DNA from: Burkholderiales bacterium
Lineage (GTDB): Bacteria; Pseudomonadota; Gammaproteobacteria; Burkholderiales; SG8-39
NCBI GenBank assembly: GCA_020846575.1
Contig: JADLDQ010000167.1
Span: 1 to 43,298 of the forward strand
Reading direction: 5' to 3'
DNA: 43,298 nt
Shown here piece by piece: positions 29,659 to 37,605 of the stretch (the stretch's first letter is position 1; each line of letters opens with the position of its first letter). Both the position numbers and the translations under genes were made by a program. The notes beneath the pieces are model-generated. The model was given only the letters and a program-made list of their open reading frames with translations, was not told the DNA's origin and did no database searches.

Positions 29659-30666
29659 TCAGGACGGGTCGAACACCGGAACCTTCACGGGTTGGTTCGC
29701 CGTGTCCTGCTCCACGTCCGGCGTGGCGTAGGTGAGGAAGCTCTCCGGCAGCGCGCCGCCCCAGTACACGCCCGTGCCGCGCTCTTCCTCGTTCCAGGTC
29801 ACCGGTTTCCAGTCGGGCGCGAACACCAGGTAGCTGCCCGAGTAGATCTCCACCCGGTTGCCGCCGGGCTCGTAGGTGTAGAGGTAGAAGCCCTGCGAAT
29901 TGTTGTGCATCGAGGGTCCCGCCTCGATGAACACGCCCGCCTCGGTGATGATGCTCGCGGCGCGCAGCACGTCCTCGCGGTTGTCCACCCAGAGCGAGAA
30001 GTGGTGCAGCCTGCCGCGCGCACCCCTCACGTCCTTCACGTAGGCCACCTGATGGTGCACCGGCGAGGGGCTCAGCCACGACCCGATCTCCTGGGTGCCG
30101 CGCTGGTAGAGCACCTGTTCGCGCAACTGGAAACCGAGCAATTCCTGGGCGAACTTCCGGTTGGCGCAAACGTCGTCCGCCAGCAGCGCGAGGTGATCGA
30201 TACGGCGCACGCCGACACCGCGGCCGGTGTACTTCATCGGCAGGTTCTTCAGCGTCGAGCGCAGGTGGTCGGCGGCACGGTAGGGCGTTTCCTCGTAGTA
30301 GACCTCCATCCGGTGGCCGTCGGGATCGCGGAAGCGGTAGGCGCGGCCGCGGCCGAAGTCGCCTTCGGTCCAGCCGATCCCCAGGCCCGCCGCCTCGATG
30401 GCAGCGGCGCGCCGCGCGAGCGCCGCTGCGCTGGAGGTCCGCCAGGAAATGCACCCGACCCCGGGCTGCTTCGCCTCTGTGAGCTTCAGCGTGCTGGTGG
30501 CGTAGTCGCCGTAGCCGCGCAGGTATACCGACTGCGCGCCGTAGTGCACGATCTCCATGCCCAGGATGTCGCGGAAGTACCACAGGCTGCGCGACGGCTG
30601 CGGCGTGAGCAGTTCCACGTTGCCCAGGTGGGCGATGTCCTGCATCGGCTGGTTCGAATCGTTCAT
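29659..30666 (-). CDS. Catechol 2,3-dioxygenase (type I extradiol dioxygenase, VOC superfamily)
   Basis: 335 aa from 'MNDSNQPMQDIAHLGNVELL' with an AAGGAG RBS. Putative Fe ligands lie in 'RRIDHLALL', 'RLHHFSLWV' and 'YTYEPGGNRVEI'. The track ORF extends to 30810. Confidence 0.8.
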   Translation of the reverse strand: MNDSNQPMQDIAHLGNVELLTPQPSRSLWYFRDILGMEIVHYGAQSVYLRGYGDYATSTLKLTEAKQPGVGCISWRTSSAAALARRAAAIEAAGLGIGWTEGDFGRGRAYRFRDPDGHRMEVYYEETPYRAADHLRSTLKNLPMKYTGRGVGVRRIDHLALLADDVCANRKFAQELLGFQLREQVLYQRGTQEIGSWLSPSPVHHQVAYVKDVRGARGRLHHFSLWVDNREDVLRAASIITEAGVFIEAGPSMHNNSQGFYLYTYEPGGNRVEIYSGSYLVFAPDWKPVTWNEEERGTGVYWGGALPESFLTYATPDVEQDTANQPVKVPVFDPS

Positions 30667-30960
30667 GTCGGTGCTCCTTGCACAAGGCGCCCGCGCGCGG
30701 CGGACCAGCGAGCAATGTTGGCTGGCCGCAGGACAGGCCGTTTGATCCAGGTCAACGGCCCAGCCCACCGGGAAGTCAGGTCCGTGTCCCGTAGGCGCCG
30801 GGTGATACACTCGCCGGGCGCCGGCGCGCAGCGCAAGCCATCATTGCCAGCGGGGATATCGGCTTGTATTTGGATGACCGCCGCGAGGCGCACGAGTTCC
30901 GCGCGCAGCGCGCGATGTGTGCCGGCGCCGGAGACTTCGAGGTGCAGATGAAGCGCATCT

Positions 30961-31005
30961 TCGACTCGGTGTGTTTCAAGCGGGTGTGATTCGAGCGGGT
31001 GTGGA
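30961..31005. repeat. Three tandem 15-bp direct repeats (TCGACTCGGTGTGTT / TCAAGCGGGTGTGAT / TCGAGCGGGTGTGGA) in a divergent intergenic region
   Basis: Read directly from the sequence. The GGTGTG core recurs at exactly 15-bp spacing. Confidence 0.7.
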
Positions 31006-31072
31006 AGTTCCTCGAGCCGATGGCGCAGATAGCGAAAGCGGATCCCCTGGCGTGAAGCCGCGGGGCAAAGCG

Positions 31073-31405
31073 ATGAGCACCGTGGCTGATGCGCTGGAAA
31101 CCGCCCTGGAGGCCACGCGCCTGCTTGGCCGCTGGAGCCGCATCTCGCAACGGCACGGCGGCGGCTGCTCCTGCTGCCCGGGCCTGGGCGATGTCGACAT
31201 GGAGGAAGTCGAACGCCACCTGTTGAAGGTGCTGCGACCCCGCCATGCGATGCTCGCCGAGCGGGACAGCCTGGTCGAATTCCTGCGCGAGTGCGTCGCG
31301 CGCAGATCCCCCGCCGCCGGCCAGACCGAGCCGCTGCGCGCCCTGTTCAGCGAGGTGCGCGAGCTGCTCGGCGAGCTGGAGCGGATCCAGAACGGGACGT
31401 GGTAG
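31073..31405 (+). CDS. Hypothetical 110-aa protein with a GGGCSCCPG motif (no family recognised)
   Basis: The ORF has GC3-rich codon usage like the neighbouring genes: 'MSTVADALETALEATRLLGRWSRISQRHGGGCSCCPGLGDVDMEEVERHLLKVL...'. The N-terminal extension in the track (from 30917) looks non-coding. Confidence 0.45.
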   Translation: MSTVADALETALEATRLLGRWSRISQRHGGGCSCCPGLGDVDMEEVERHLLKVLRPRHAMLAERDSLVEFLRECVARRSPAAGQTEPLRALFSEVRELLGELERIQNGTW

Positions 31406-31519
31406 CGGCGGGCGCGAAACCGCGTGCGCGCTTCAGGGCGCCGCAGGCAGACCGCTGCGCTGCCGCGCCCTGCGCGGTTGCGGCCGCTCGGCTGAACTCC
31501 TCCGCGGCGGCGCCGCGGC

Positions 31520-32833
31520 TCACAGTCCGAGAACCATGATGTCCTGGTACGGCCACTTGGTCAGCGACTCGCAGCCGTTCGCGGTGATGCGGTACGTGTT
31601 CTCGATTGCGACGCCGCCCTCGTCGCTGTCGGTCCACATCATGGCGTGATAGGCGATCGTCATGTTGCGCTCGAGCACGAAATCCGGGTCTTCGGCCGAG
31701 TAGTAGTAGGGCGCGGAGTCCCAGGCGATTCCCATGCCCCCGAAGTGATTGGACCAGGTGGCACGCCACTGTCGGATCTGTTCGGCGGTCCTCAGATTCA
31801 CGCCCGGCTTGGGTCGCTTGTCGGCCAGTTCGTGCAGGCTCACGCCGGGCCTGAGTAGCTCCTGGAATTTCGCGTGCATCTCGACCGCGGTCTGGTAGAT
31901 CTCGCGCTGCAATTCGTTCGGCCGGGCCCCCATGAGGAAAGTGCGGTCGTAGCACACCTTGTAGCCGCACCAGTTGACGTGGCAGGCTTCCAGCGTGAGA
32001 AATTCACAGGGACGTAGCGGCCTGTCAGACCAGTTGAAGCTGCGCGGGTTGGTCCGCTCGCCCGCCGCCACCACCCAGCCCTCGTAGTACTCGGCGCCCG
32101 CCTCGTACATGGCGCGCGCCATGATCCCCTGAAGCTCGTTCTCCCTCATGCCGATGCGCGCCTCGCGCAGCACCGCGCCGTACCCGGCCTCGTTGATCGC
32201 CGCCGCGGTCTTCATGCACAGGATCTCCTCGTCGAACTTGACCATCCCGCACTCGTCGATCCACGAGGTCCCGTCCACGACCTTGAATCCGGCGCTCTCC
32301 AGGGCGTGAATCATGCCGGGTGTCGAGTAGTCCACCGAGACGGGCAGACCGGCGACCCCGTGCGCCTGCAACAGGCTCTTGATCTGCGACACCGTGAGCC
32401 CGTACTTGCGCTGAGCCTCGGATTCGGACTGGTAGCGGTAGATTCGCGGGTTGAACAGCTCGTCCTCGTTCATGAGACGCCCTTCCAGCCACGGGCAGTC
32501 CTCGACGACGCGGCTGCGGTCGGTGTGCTTGCTGACCGACACGTATGGAAATCCGGCCCCGCGCACGAACAGCACGAAGTCCCTCGGCACGTGCCTCGCG
32601 TACGGATGGTTCCACACGGCCGACAGGTAGCGCTTGCGATCGTGGTTGTAGACCAGCGCCGCGCCGAGCCCGTGCTTGGCGAGGAAGTACTGGGCGCGCT
32701 CGACGCGCTTGCGGCGCAGGACGTTCCAGTCGATACGCTGTTGCCAGTCGACGTTACCCAGGCCAAAGCGCTGCTGGATCCGGTCATCCGCGCCCTGTGC
32801 CTGCGCGGACGAGTCTTTGTCGCGTACGTTCAT
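31520..32833 (-). CDS. M24-family (creatinase/prolidase/DddP-like pita-bread fold) protein with atypical metal-ligand positions
   Basis: 437 aa from 'MNVRDKDSSAQ' with an AAGGAG RBS. The C-domain pattern is 'EILCMKTAAAINEAGY...GERTNPRSFNWSDRPLRPCEFLTLEACHVNWCGYKVCYDRTFLMG...HFGGMGIAW...VAIENTYRITANGCESLT'. Confidence 0.6.
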   Translation of the reverse strand: MNVRDKDSSAQAQGADDRIQQRFGLGNVDWQQRIDWNVLRRKRVERAQYFLAKHGLGAALVYNHDRKRYLSAVWNHPYARHVPRDFVLFVRGAGFPYVSVSKHTDRSRVVEDCPWLEGRLMNEDELFNPRIYRYQSESEAQRKYGLTVSQIKSLLQAHGVAGLPVSVDYSTPGMIHALESAGFKVVDGTSWIDECGMVKFDEEILCMKTAAAINEAGYGAVLREARIGMRENELQGIMARAMYEAGAEYYEGWVVAAGERTNPRSFNWSDRPLRPCEFLTLEACHVNWCGYKVCYDRTFLMGARPNELQREIYQTAVEMHAKFQELLRPGVSLHELADKRPKPGVNLRTAEQIRQWRATWSNHFGGMGIAWDSAPYYYSAEDPDFVLERNMTIAYHAMMWTDSDEGGVAIENTYRITANGCESLTKWPYQDIMVLGL

Positions 32834-33066
32834 GCTTGTTACTCCTTGCTGTGCACGTTCGAATGGGATGCGCCAGGCGGGTAGGAGCGCCTCGCACCCG
32901 GTACGAGGCACACCGCGTGAAGCCTTGTGGATGCGCGAAGCGCGGGCCTTGACCTAGATCAAGGAACCGGGGCGAGCCGGTGCATCTAATTCCGGCGATC
33001 ACGACATCGCGGCATCGCGGCCTGCCGGCTCAGTGAAGCCGCGTCCTCGAGCGAAAGGGGGAGATC

Positions 33067-34050
33067 ATGCGCGCCAGCCATGTCGTTCGCCCGCTTGGCG
33101 CCGCCGCCGCGGCGCTGCTCGCCGTTCAGGTGCAGGCCCAGGCCGACCCGGCCTATCCCACCAGGCCGGTGCGCCTGCTCATCCCCGCCGCGACCGGGAG
33201 TCCGGCCGGACTGGTCGGCCGCGCGATCTCCGAACCGCTCGGTCCGGTGCTCGGCCAACCGGTCGTGGTCGAGGAGCGGCCGGGCGCCAACGGCACTCTC
33301 GCCATGGTCGCGCTCGCGGGCGCCGCGCCGGACGGCCACGTCCTGTGCCTGGCCAACAATTCCACGATCTCGATGAACCCCTTCGTGTACAAGAACCTGC
33401 CCTACGATCCGGAGCGCGATTTCGCGCCCATCATCAACACCGGGTTCGTCAACGGGGTGATCCTCGTCCATCCTTCGGTGCCGGCGAAGACGATGCGCGA
33501 ATTGATCGACCTGGCCAAGGCGAGCCCCGGCAAGCTCAACTGGGCCACTTGGGGCGTGGGCAGCTTCGCACACCTGACGATGGAATGGACGCAGAGCAAC
33601 ACCGGCGCGGCGTTCCTGCACGTCCCGTACAAGACGCCCGGGCACGCGCTGCAGGCGGTGCTGGCCGGCGAGGCGCACGTGACGCAGAACAATCCGGGCA
33701 TCACCCTGGCGCAGATCAAGGCCGGCAAGCTCAAGCCGCTGGTCCTGGCGGGTCACAAGCGCTCGGCGATCCTGCCCGGGATACCGTCGTTCGTGGAAGA
33801 CGGCTACGAACTGGACTTCGCGGGCTGGAACGGCGTGTTCGCGCCGGTGCGCACGCCGGGCGCCATCGTTCGGCGGCTCAACGCGGAGATCGGCAGGATT
33901 CTCGCCGACTCCGGGTTCGTCGCCCGCTTCCTCACGCCTCTGGGCATCGATCCGGTCAGGAACACGCCGGAGGAATTCGCCGCATTCCTGAAATCCGACC
34001 GCCAGACTGCAGCGAAAGTCATCAAGCTCGCCGGAATCCAGCCGCAGTAA
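33067..34050 (+). CDS. Bug-family (TctC-like) substrate-binding protein
   Basis: '...AVQVQAQADPAYPTRPVRLLIPAATGSPAGLVGR...GQPVVVEERPGANG...APDGH', with an AAGGGGGAG RBS. Confidence 0.9.
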   Translation: MRASHVVRPLGAAAAALLAVQVQAQADPAYPTRPVRLLIPAATGSPAGLVGRAISEPLGPVLGQPVVVEERPGANGTLAMVALAGAAPDGHVLCLANNSTISMNPFVYKNLPYDPERDFAPIINTGFVNGVILVHPSVPAKTMRELIDLAKASPGKLNWATWGVGSFAHLTMEWTQSNTGAAFLHVPYKTPGHALQAVLAGEAHVTQNNPGITLAQIKAGKLKPLVLAGHKRSAILPGIPSFVEDGYELDFAGWNGVFAPVRTPGAIVRRLNAEIGRILADSGFVARFLTPLGIDPVRNTPEEFAAFLKSDRQTAAKVIKLAGIQPQ

Positions 34051-34260
34051 GGCCGCGCGCACGGGTGCGCGAGCACCGCGCCGTCGCCGCAAAGGACCTG
34101 CGCCGGCGTGTGACCGGCCGGGTCGCCTCCGGGCAGCCGCCGCATCGCCGCCGGGCCGGTGGCGTCGGCCGACCTGGCCAGCGAGGCGGCCGACTTGCTC
34201 CAGGATGAACCGAGGCGTTCCCGCGAGCGCTCGCAGACCGTTGCAGGCAGGGACTCAACG

Positions 34261-35286
34261 TTGATCAATCTGGCTGTCGTGGGCCTGGGCAAGTGGGGCC
34301 GCAGGCATGTCGAGTCGGCCACCGCGAGCGGCCGGTTCCGGGTCGTGCGCGCGGTGGTGCGGCGCACGGAATCCGCGCTGCAATACGCCGCGGCCAGGTC
34401 CATTGACCTGACGACGGATTTCTCCGAAGTGATCTCGGACCCCCGCGTGGATGCGCTGAGCCTGATCACTCCCCATGCGCTGCATGTTGCGCAGATACGG
34501 AAGGCTGCGGCGGCGCGCAAGCACGTGCTCGCGGAAAAGCCCTTCGCGCTCACCAGAGCCGACGCGGAGCGCGCCATCGATGCCTGCGACCGGGCGGGCG
34601 TGGTCGTGGCCGTGGGTCACGACAACCGCTTCTATCCGGCCATCCTGGAGTTGAAGCGGCTGGTCGATTCGGGTGCACTCGGCGCTTTCATTCACGCCGA
34701 AGCCAACCTCAGCCACGATTCCATGCGACGCGACACGACGCAGCCGCACGGGCGCGCCGCCTCGGGCTGGCGCATGGAGCGCGCGCAGGCCCCGAGCGGC
34801 GCGCTCACCCACCTGGGCGTGCACCGTATCGACTCCTTCGTTCAGATCCTGGGACGGATCGAGCGCGTGTTTGTGCAGGCTTCGCGCAATACGCTGGAGG
34901 CGCCGTGGCCCGATAGCGTCTGTCTCCTCGCCAGGTTCGGCAACGGCGGTACGGGACTGCTCGGCACTTCACTCGCGACGCCGTTGAACTCCCGCTTCCA
35001 GATCTTCGGCTCGGCCGGCTGGGCCGAGGCGAGCGGTCCGCGGGATCTGGACCAATACCGGCGCGCCAGTCTGAACCGGGTGAGCACGAACTTCAGCGAC
35101 GGCCGCTGCGACACGCGCGAGTTCGAGGGCGTCGATTCGGTGAAGCTCAACTTCGAAGCGTTCGCGGACGCGATCGAGGGCAGGGCCGCGTTCCCGATTC
35201 CCGGAACCCAGATGATCCATGTCGCCGCCGTTCTGGAAGCCGCGGCGCGCTCGCTCCAGACCGGGCAGCCGGCGAAGGTCGATTGA
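34261..35286 (+). CDS. Gfo/Idh/MocA family oxidoreductase
   Basis: Rossmann N-terminus 'INLAVVGLGKWGRRH' and 'HVLAEKPFAL'. TTG 34261 places the GxGxxG at the N-terminus. An alternative GTG start lies at 34159. Confidence 0.75.
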   Translation: MINLAVVGLGKWGRRHVESATASGRFRVVRAVVRRTESALQYAAARSIDLTTDFSEVISDPRVDALSLITPHALHVAQIRKAAAARKHVLAEKPFALTRADAERAIDACDRAGVVVAVGHDNRFYPAILELKRLVDSGALGAFIHAEANLSHDSMRRDTTQPHGRAASGWRMERAQAPSGALTHLGVHRIDSFVQILGRIERVFVQASRNTLEAPWPDSVCLLARFGNGGTGLLGTSLATPLNSRFQIFGSAGWAEASGPRDLDQYRRASLNRVSTNFSDGRCDTREFEGVDSVKLNFEAFADAIEGRAAFPIPGTQMIHVAAVLEAAARSLQTGQPAKVD

Positions 35287-35440
35287 GTCGCGGCGCGCCG
35301 GGCCGGGCGTGCCCTGCCTTCGGGGGCTGGACGCGGACCTTGAATCTGCCGGGCCCGCCTCCATCTCGGACGTTCGGGCAGTGCGACGCGATTCCTGTCG
35401 CGTGCGTCCCCACACGGTTTCCCGTCGCAGGCGCTCGGCA

Positions 35441-35469
35441 CTTGAACTTGCCGCGGGCAATCCCCAAAT
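35441..35469 (+). promoter_or_regulatory. Sigma32 (RpoH)-type heat-shock promoter: CTTGAA - 15 nt - CCCCAAAT
   Basis: The -35 element CTTGAA (35441-35446) is an exact match and the -10 element CCCCAAAT (35462-35469) matches 7 of 8 positions of the CTTGAA-N13-17-CCCCATnT consensus. It lies about 130 nt upstream of two Hsp20 genes. Confidence 0.6.
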
Positions 35470-35596
35470 CGGAAATGAAACGGTGTCGCGCGGCAGCCGG
35501 ATCGTACCGGCAGATGGGTCCGCCCGCCTGCGCATTTTCCGCGGGGAAACCGCAGGGCCGCCGATCGAGACGCTTCGAGTACGAAAGGAGATCTGT

Positions 35597-36049
35597 ATGT
35601 ACGAATCACTGCTGACCTACCCGGGCAACGTGCTCGCCGAATTCGACCGGCTGCAGCGCGGCATGGAGCACGCGTTCGGCACGCTGGGTCTGCCGAGCAG
35701 CATCCGTGCCGTGGCCCAGGGCGCGTTTCCCGGCATCAACATCGGCACCACGCCCGCCAGTATCGAGGTCTACGCGTTCGCGCCGGGACTCGATCCGGCG
35801 AAGATCGAGGTGTCCGTCGACCGCGGTGTGCTCACCATCTCCGGCGAGCGTGCGGGCGAGGCGCCGGGCGCCGAGCGCAAGCGCAGCGTCTACGCGAGCG
35901 AGCGCTACTTCGGACCGTTCCGGCGCGCGCTGAGCCTCTCGGAGGACGCCGACCCCGCGAAAGTGCAGGCGAGCTACCGCGACGGCGTGCTGCACATCAG
36001 CGTCGGCAAGCGCGATTCGGCGCAGCCGCGGCGCATCGAGATCAAGTGA
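35597..36049 (+). CDS. Hsp20/alpha-crystallin family small heat-shock protein
   Basis: 150 aa with an AAAGGAG RBS. The alpha-crystallin domain ends 'ASYRDGVLHISVGK'. Confidence 0.9.
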   Translation: MYESLLTYPGNVLAEFDRLQRGMEHAFGTLGLPSSIRAVAQGAFPGINIGTTPASIEVYAFAPGLDPAKIEVSVDRGVLTISGERAGEAPGAERKRSVYASERYFGPFRRALSLSEDADPAKVQASYRDGVLHISVGKRDSAQPRRIEIK

Positions 36050-36080
36050 TCACAAGGTTCCAGAACGAGGAGCGACAGTC

Positions 36081-36449
36081 ATGAGCGACGAGCGAAACAT
36101 CACCGCATCCGAGCGCGGGCCTGCCATCCTGCCCCGCGTGGACGTGTACGAGGACGCGAGCGGCATCACCATGTTCGCCGACCTGCCGGGGGTTCCGCGC
36201 GAGCGGCTCACCCTGCGCATGGAGGGCGAGACGCTGCAGATCGAGGGCGAAATCGCGACCGACGTGCCCGAAGGCGTGCAGGCCGCGTACGCGGAGGTGC
36301 GGCTGCCGCGCTACCGGCGGGCGTTCACGCTCAGCCGCGAGCTGGACACCGCGAGGGTCGAGGCGACGCTGAAGGACGGGGTGCTGAGCCTTCGCATCCC
36401 GAAGATGGAGCACGCGCAGCCGCGCCGCATCCAGGTGAACGCGGGGTGA
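36081..36449 (+). CDS. Hsp20/alpha-crystallin family small heat-shock protein (second tandem copy)
   Basis: 122 aa: 'PRVDVYEDASGITMFADLPGV...ATLKDGVLSLRIPK'. Confidence 0.9.
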   Translation: MSDERNITASERGPAILPRVDVYEDASGITMFADLPGVPRERLTLRMEGETLQIEGEIATDVPEGVQAAYAEVRLPRYRRAFTLSRELDTARVEATLKDGVLSLRIPKMEHAQPRRIQVNAG

Positions 36450-36459
36450 GACGCTTCGT

Positions 36460-36486
36460 ACGGGAGCGGCGTCACGCCGCTCCCGT
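36460..36486 (+). terminator. Perfect 12-bp stem (ACGGGAGCGGCG / CGCCGCTCCCGT) with a 3-nt loop, 10 nt after the hsp20 stop; no U-tract
   Basis: Inverted repeat read directly from the sequence. Confidence 0.5.
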
Positions 36487-36624
36487 GGCGGCGAAGAACG
36501 CCGCGCCGGGATGCATCGGCGCCGTGGCTGCCTCGAAGGGCGGCTGCCGGCCCGGTCCGTGACGGATCGGGCCGGCGCTCGAAGTCGAACCGATGTCGGC
36601 GCCCGGGCCTCGCACCACGGGGTC

Positions 36625-37605
36625 TCAGCGGCCGAGCACCCGCAGCGCGCCGGCGAGAATTCTTTCGGCGCTCACGGTCAGCTCCGCTTCCAGCGGCGCG
36701 CTGTAGGGTATCGGCACGTCCGGCACCGCGACCCTGCAAACCGGCGCTTTGAGCGAGGACAGGCCCTCCTCGGCGAGGCTCGCCGCGACCTCCGCGGCGA
36801 CGCCAAAGCTGCGATGGCATTCGTCGGCGATCAGCGCGCGGCCGGTCTTCGCGACCGAGCGCAGCACGGTCTGGCGATCCAGCGGCGCGATGCTGCGCAG
36901 GTCCACCACTTCGGCCGAGACACCGTGCTCCTTGTCCAGGGCGGCGGCGGCGGCGAGCGCCCGCGGCACGGTGATGGAGCTCGCGACGATGGTGAGGTCG
37001 GCTCCCTCGCGGCACACGCGTGCGCGCCCCACCGGCAGCATCGGCGCGCCGGGATCGATGTCGGCCGACTCGCCGAACAGCATCCCGTGGCTGATGTACA
37101 CGGTGGGGTTCGCGCTCTCCTGCAGCGCCCACTTCATCAGGCGGTAGGCGTCTTCGGCGCCGCCGGGCGCGAGGATCTGCAGCCCCGGCACCTGGCCGAG
37201 CATCGCCTGCGCGCGGTGCGAGTGCTGGGCCGCGCCGCCGCCGCGCATTCCGGCGAGCGAGTAGAACGTCACCGGTACGCTGGTCTGCCCGCCGCTCATG
37301 TAGTGGATGTTGGCGGCCTCGTTGACCACCTGTGCGAAGGCCTGGAAGATGAAGCTTCCGGTCGACAGGTCCACCAGCGGCCGCAGCCCGCCGATGGCGG
37401 CGCCGGTGGCGGCCCCCGCCAGCCCCAGCTCCGAGATCGGCGCGACCGATATCCGCTCGGCGAAATCGTTCAGCACCGGCTCCATCGCCTTCTGGGCCGC
37501 GGGGTTGAGGCCCATGATGCCGCTGCCGATCATCATCACCCGCGAGTCGGCGGCGAGCGACTCGTGAATCGCCCTGGCGAGACCTTCTGCGAAGGTGATC
37601 TTCAT
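36625..37605 (-). CDS. 2-oxoacid (pyruvate/acetoin/branched-chain) dehydrogenase E1 component, beta subunit
   Basis: 326 aa: 'MKITFAEGLARAIHESLAADSRVMMIGSGI...ISELGLAGAATGAA..GLRP'. ATGA overlap with the alpha-subunit gene. Confidence 0.85.
   Translation of the reverse strand: MKITFAEGLARAIHESLAADSRVMMIGSGIMGLNPAAQKAMEPVLNDFAERISVAPISELGLAGAATGAAIGGLRPLVDLSTGSFIFQAFAQVVNEAANIHYMSGGQTSVPVTFYSLAGMRGGGAAQHSHRAQAMLGQVPGLQILAPGGAEDAYRLMKWALQESANPTVYISHGMLFGESADIDPGAPMLPVGRARVCREGADLTIVASSITVPRALAAAAALDKEHGVSAEVVDLRSIAPLDRQTVLRSVAKTGRALIADECHRSFGVAAEVAASLAEEGLSSLKAPVCRVAVPDVPIPYSAPLEAELTVSAERILAGALRVLGR

Noticed and set aside
30795-30989. Open frame without a start codon on the plus strand ('...AIIASGDIGLYLDDRREAHEFRAQRAMCAGAGDFEVQMKRIFDSVCFKRV*') that vaguely resembles the C-terminal half of a plant-type/XylT-like [2Fe-2S] ferredoxin
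   Set aside because: It has no ATG/GTG start with an RBS and the cluster-binding cysteines are absent. It is divergent rather than co-oriented with the dioxygenase gene. The resemblance rests on a few spaced residues and is too weak to call even a pseudogene.
31406-31519. Imperfect long-loop hairpin (CAGGGCGC...GCGCCCTG) between the small ORF and the M24-like gene, considered as a terminator
   Set aside because: The 8-bp stem encloses a 23-nt loop, has no U-tract, and has many alternative GC pairings. It is not distinctive enough to annotate.
35470-35596. ROSE-type or fourU RNA thermometer in the hsp20 leader
   Set aside because: No U(U/C)GCU anti-SD element with a bulged G lies opposite the Shine-Dalgarno. 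A UUUU run at about 35535 is 50 nt away with no obvious pairing to the SD. Only a weak 5-bp bulged stem touches the SD.
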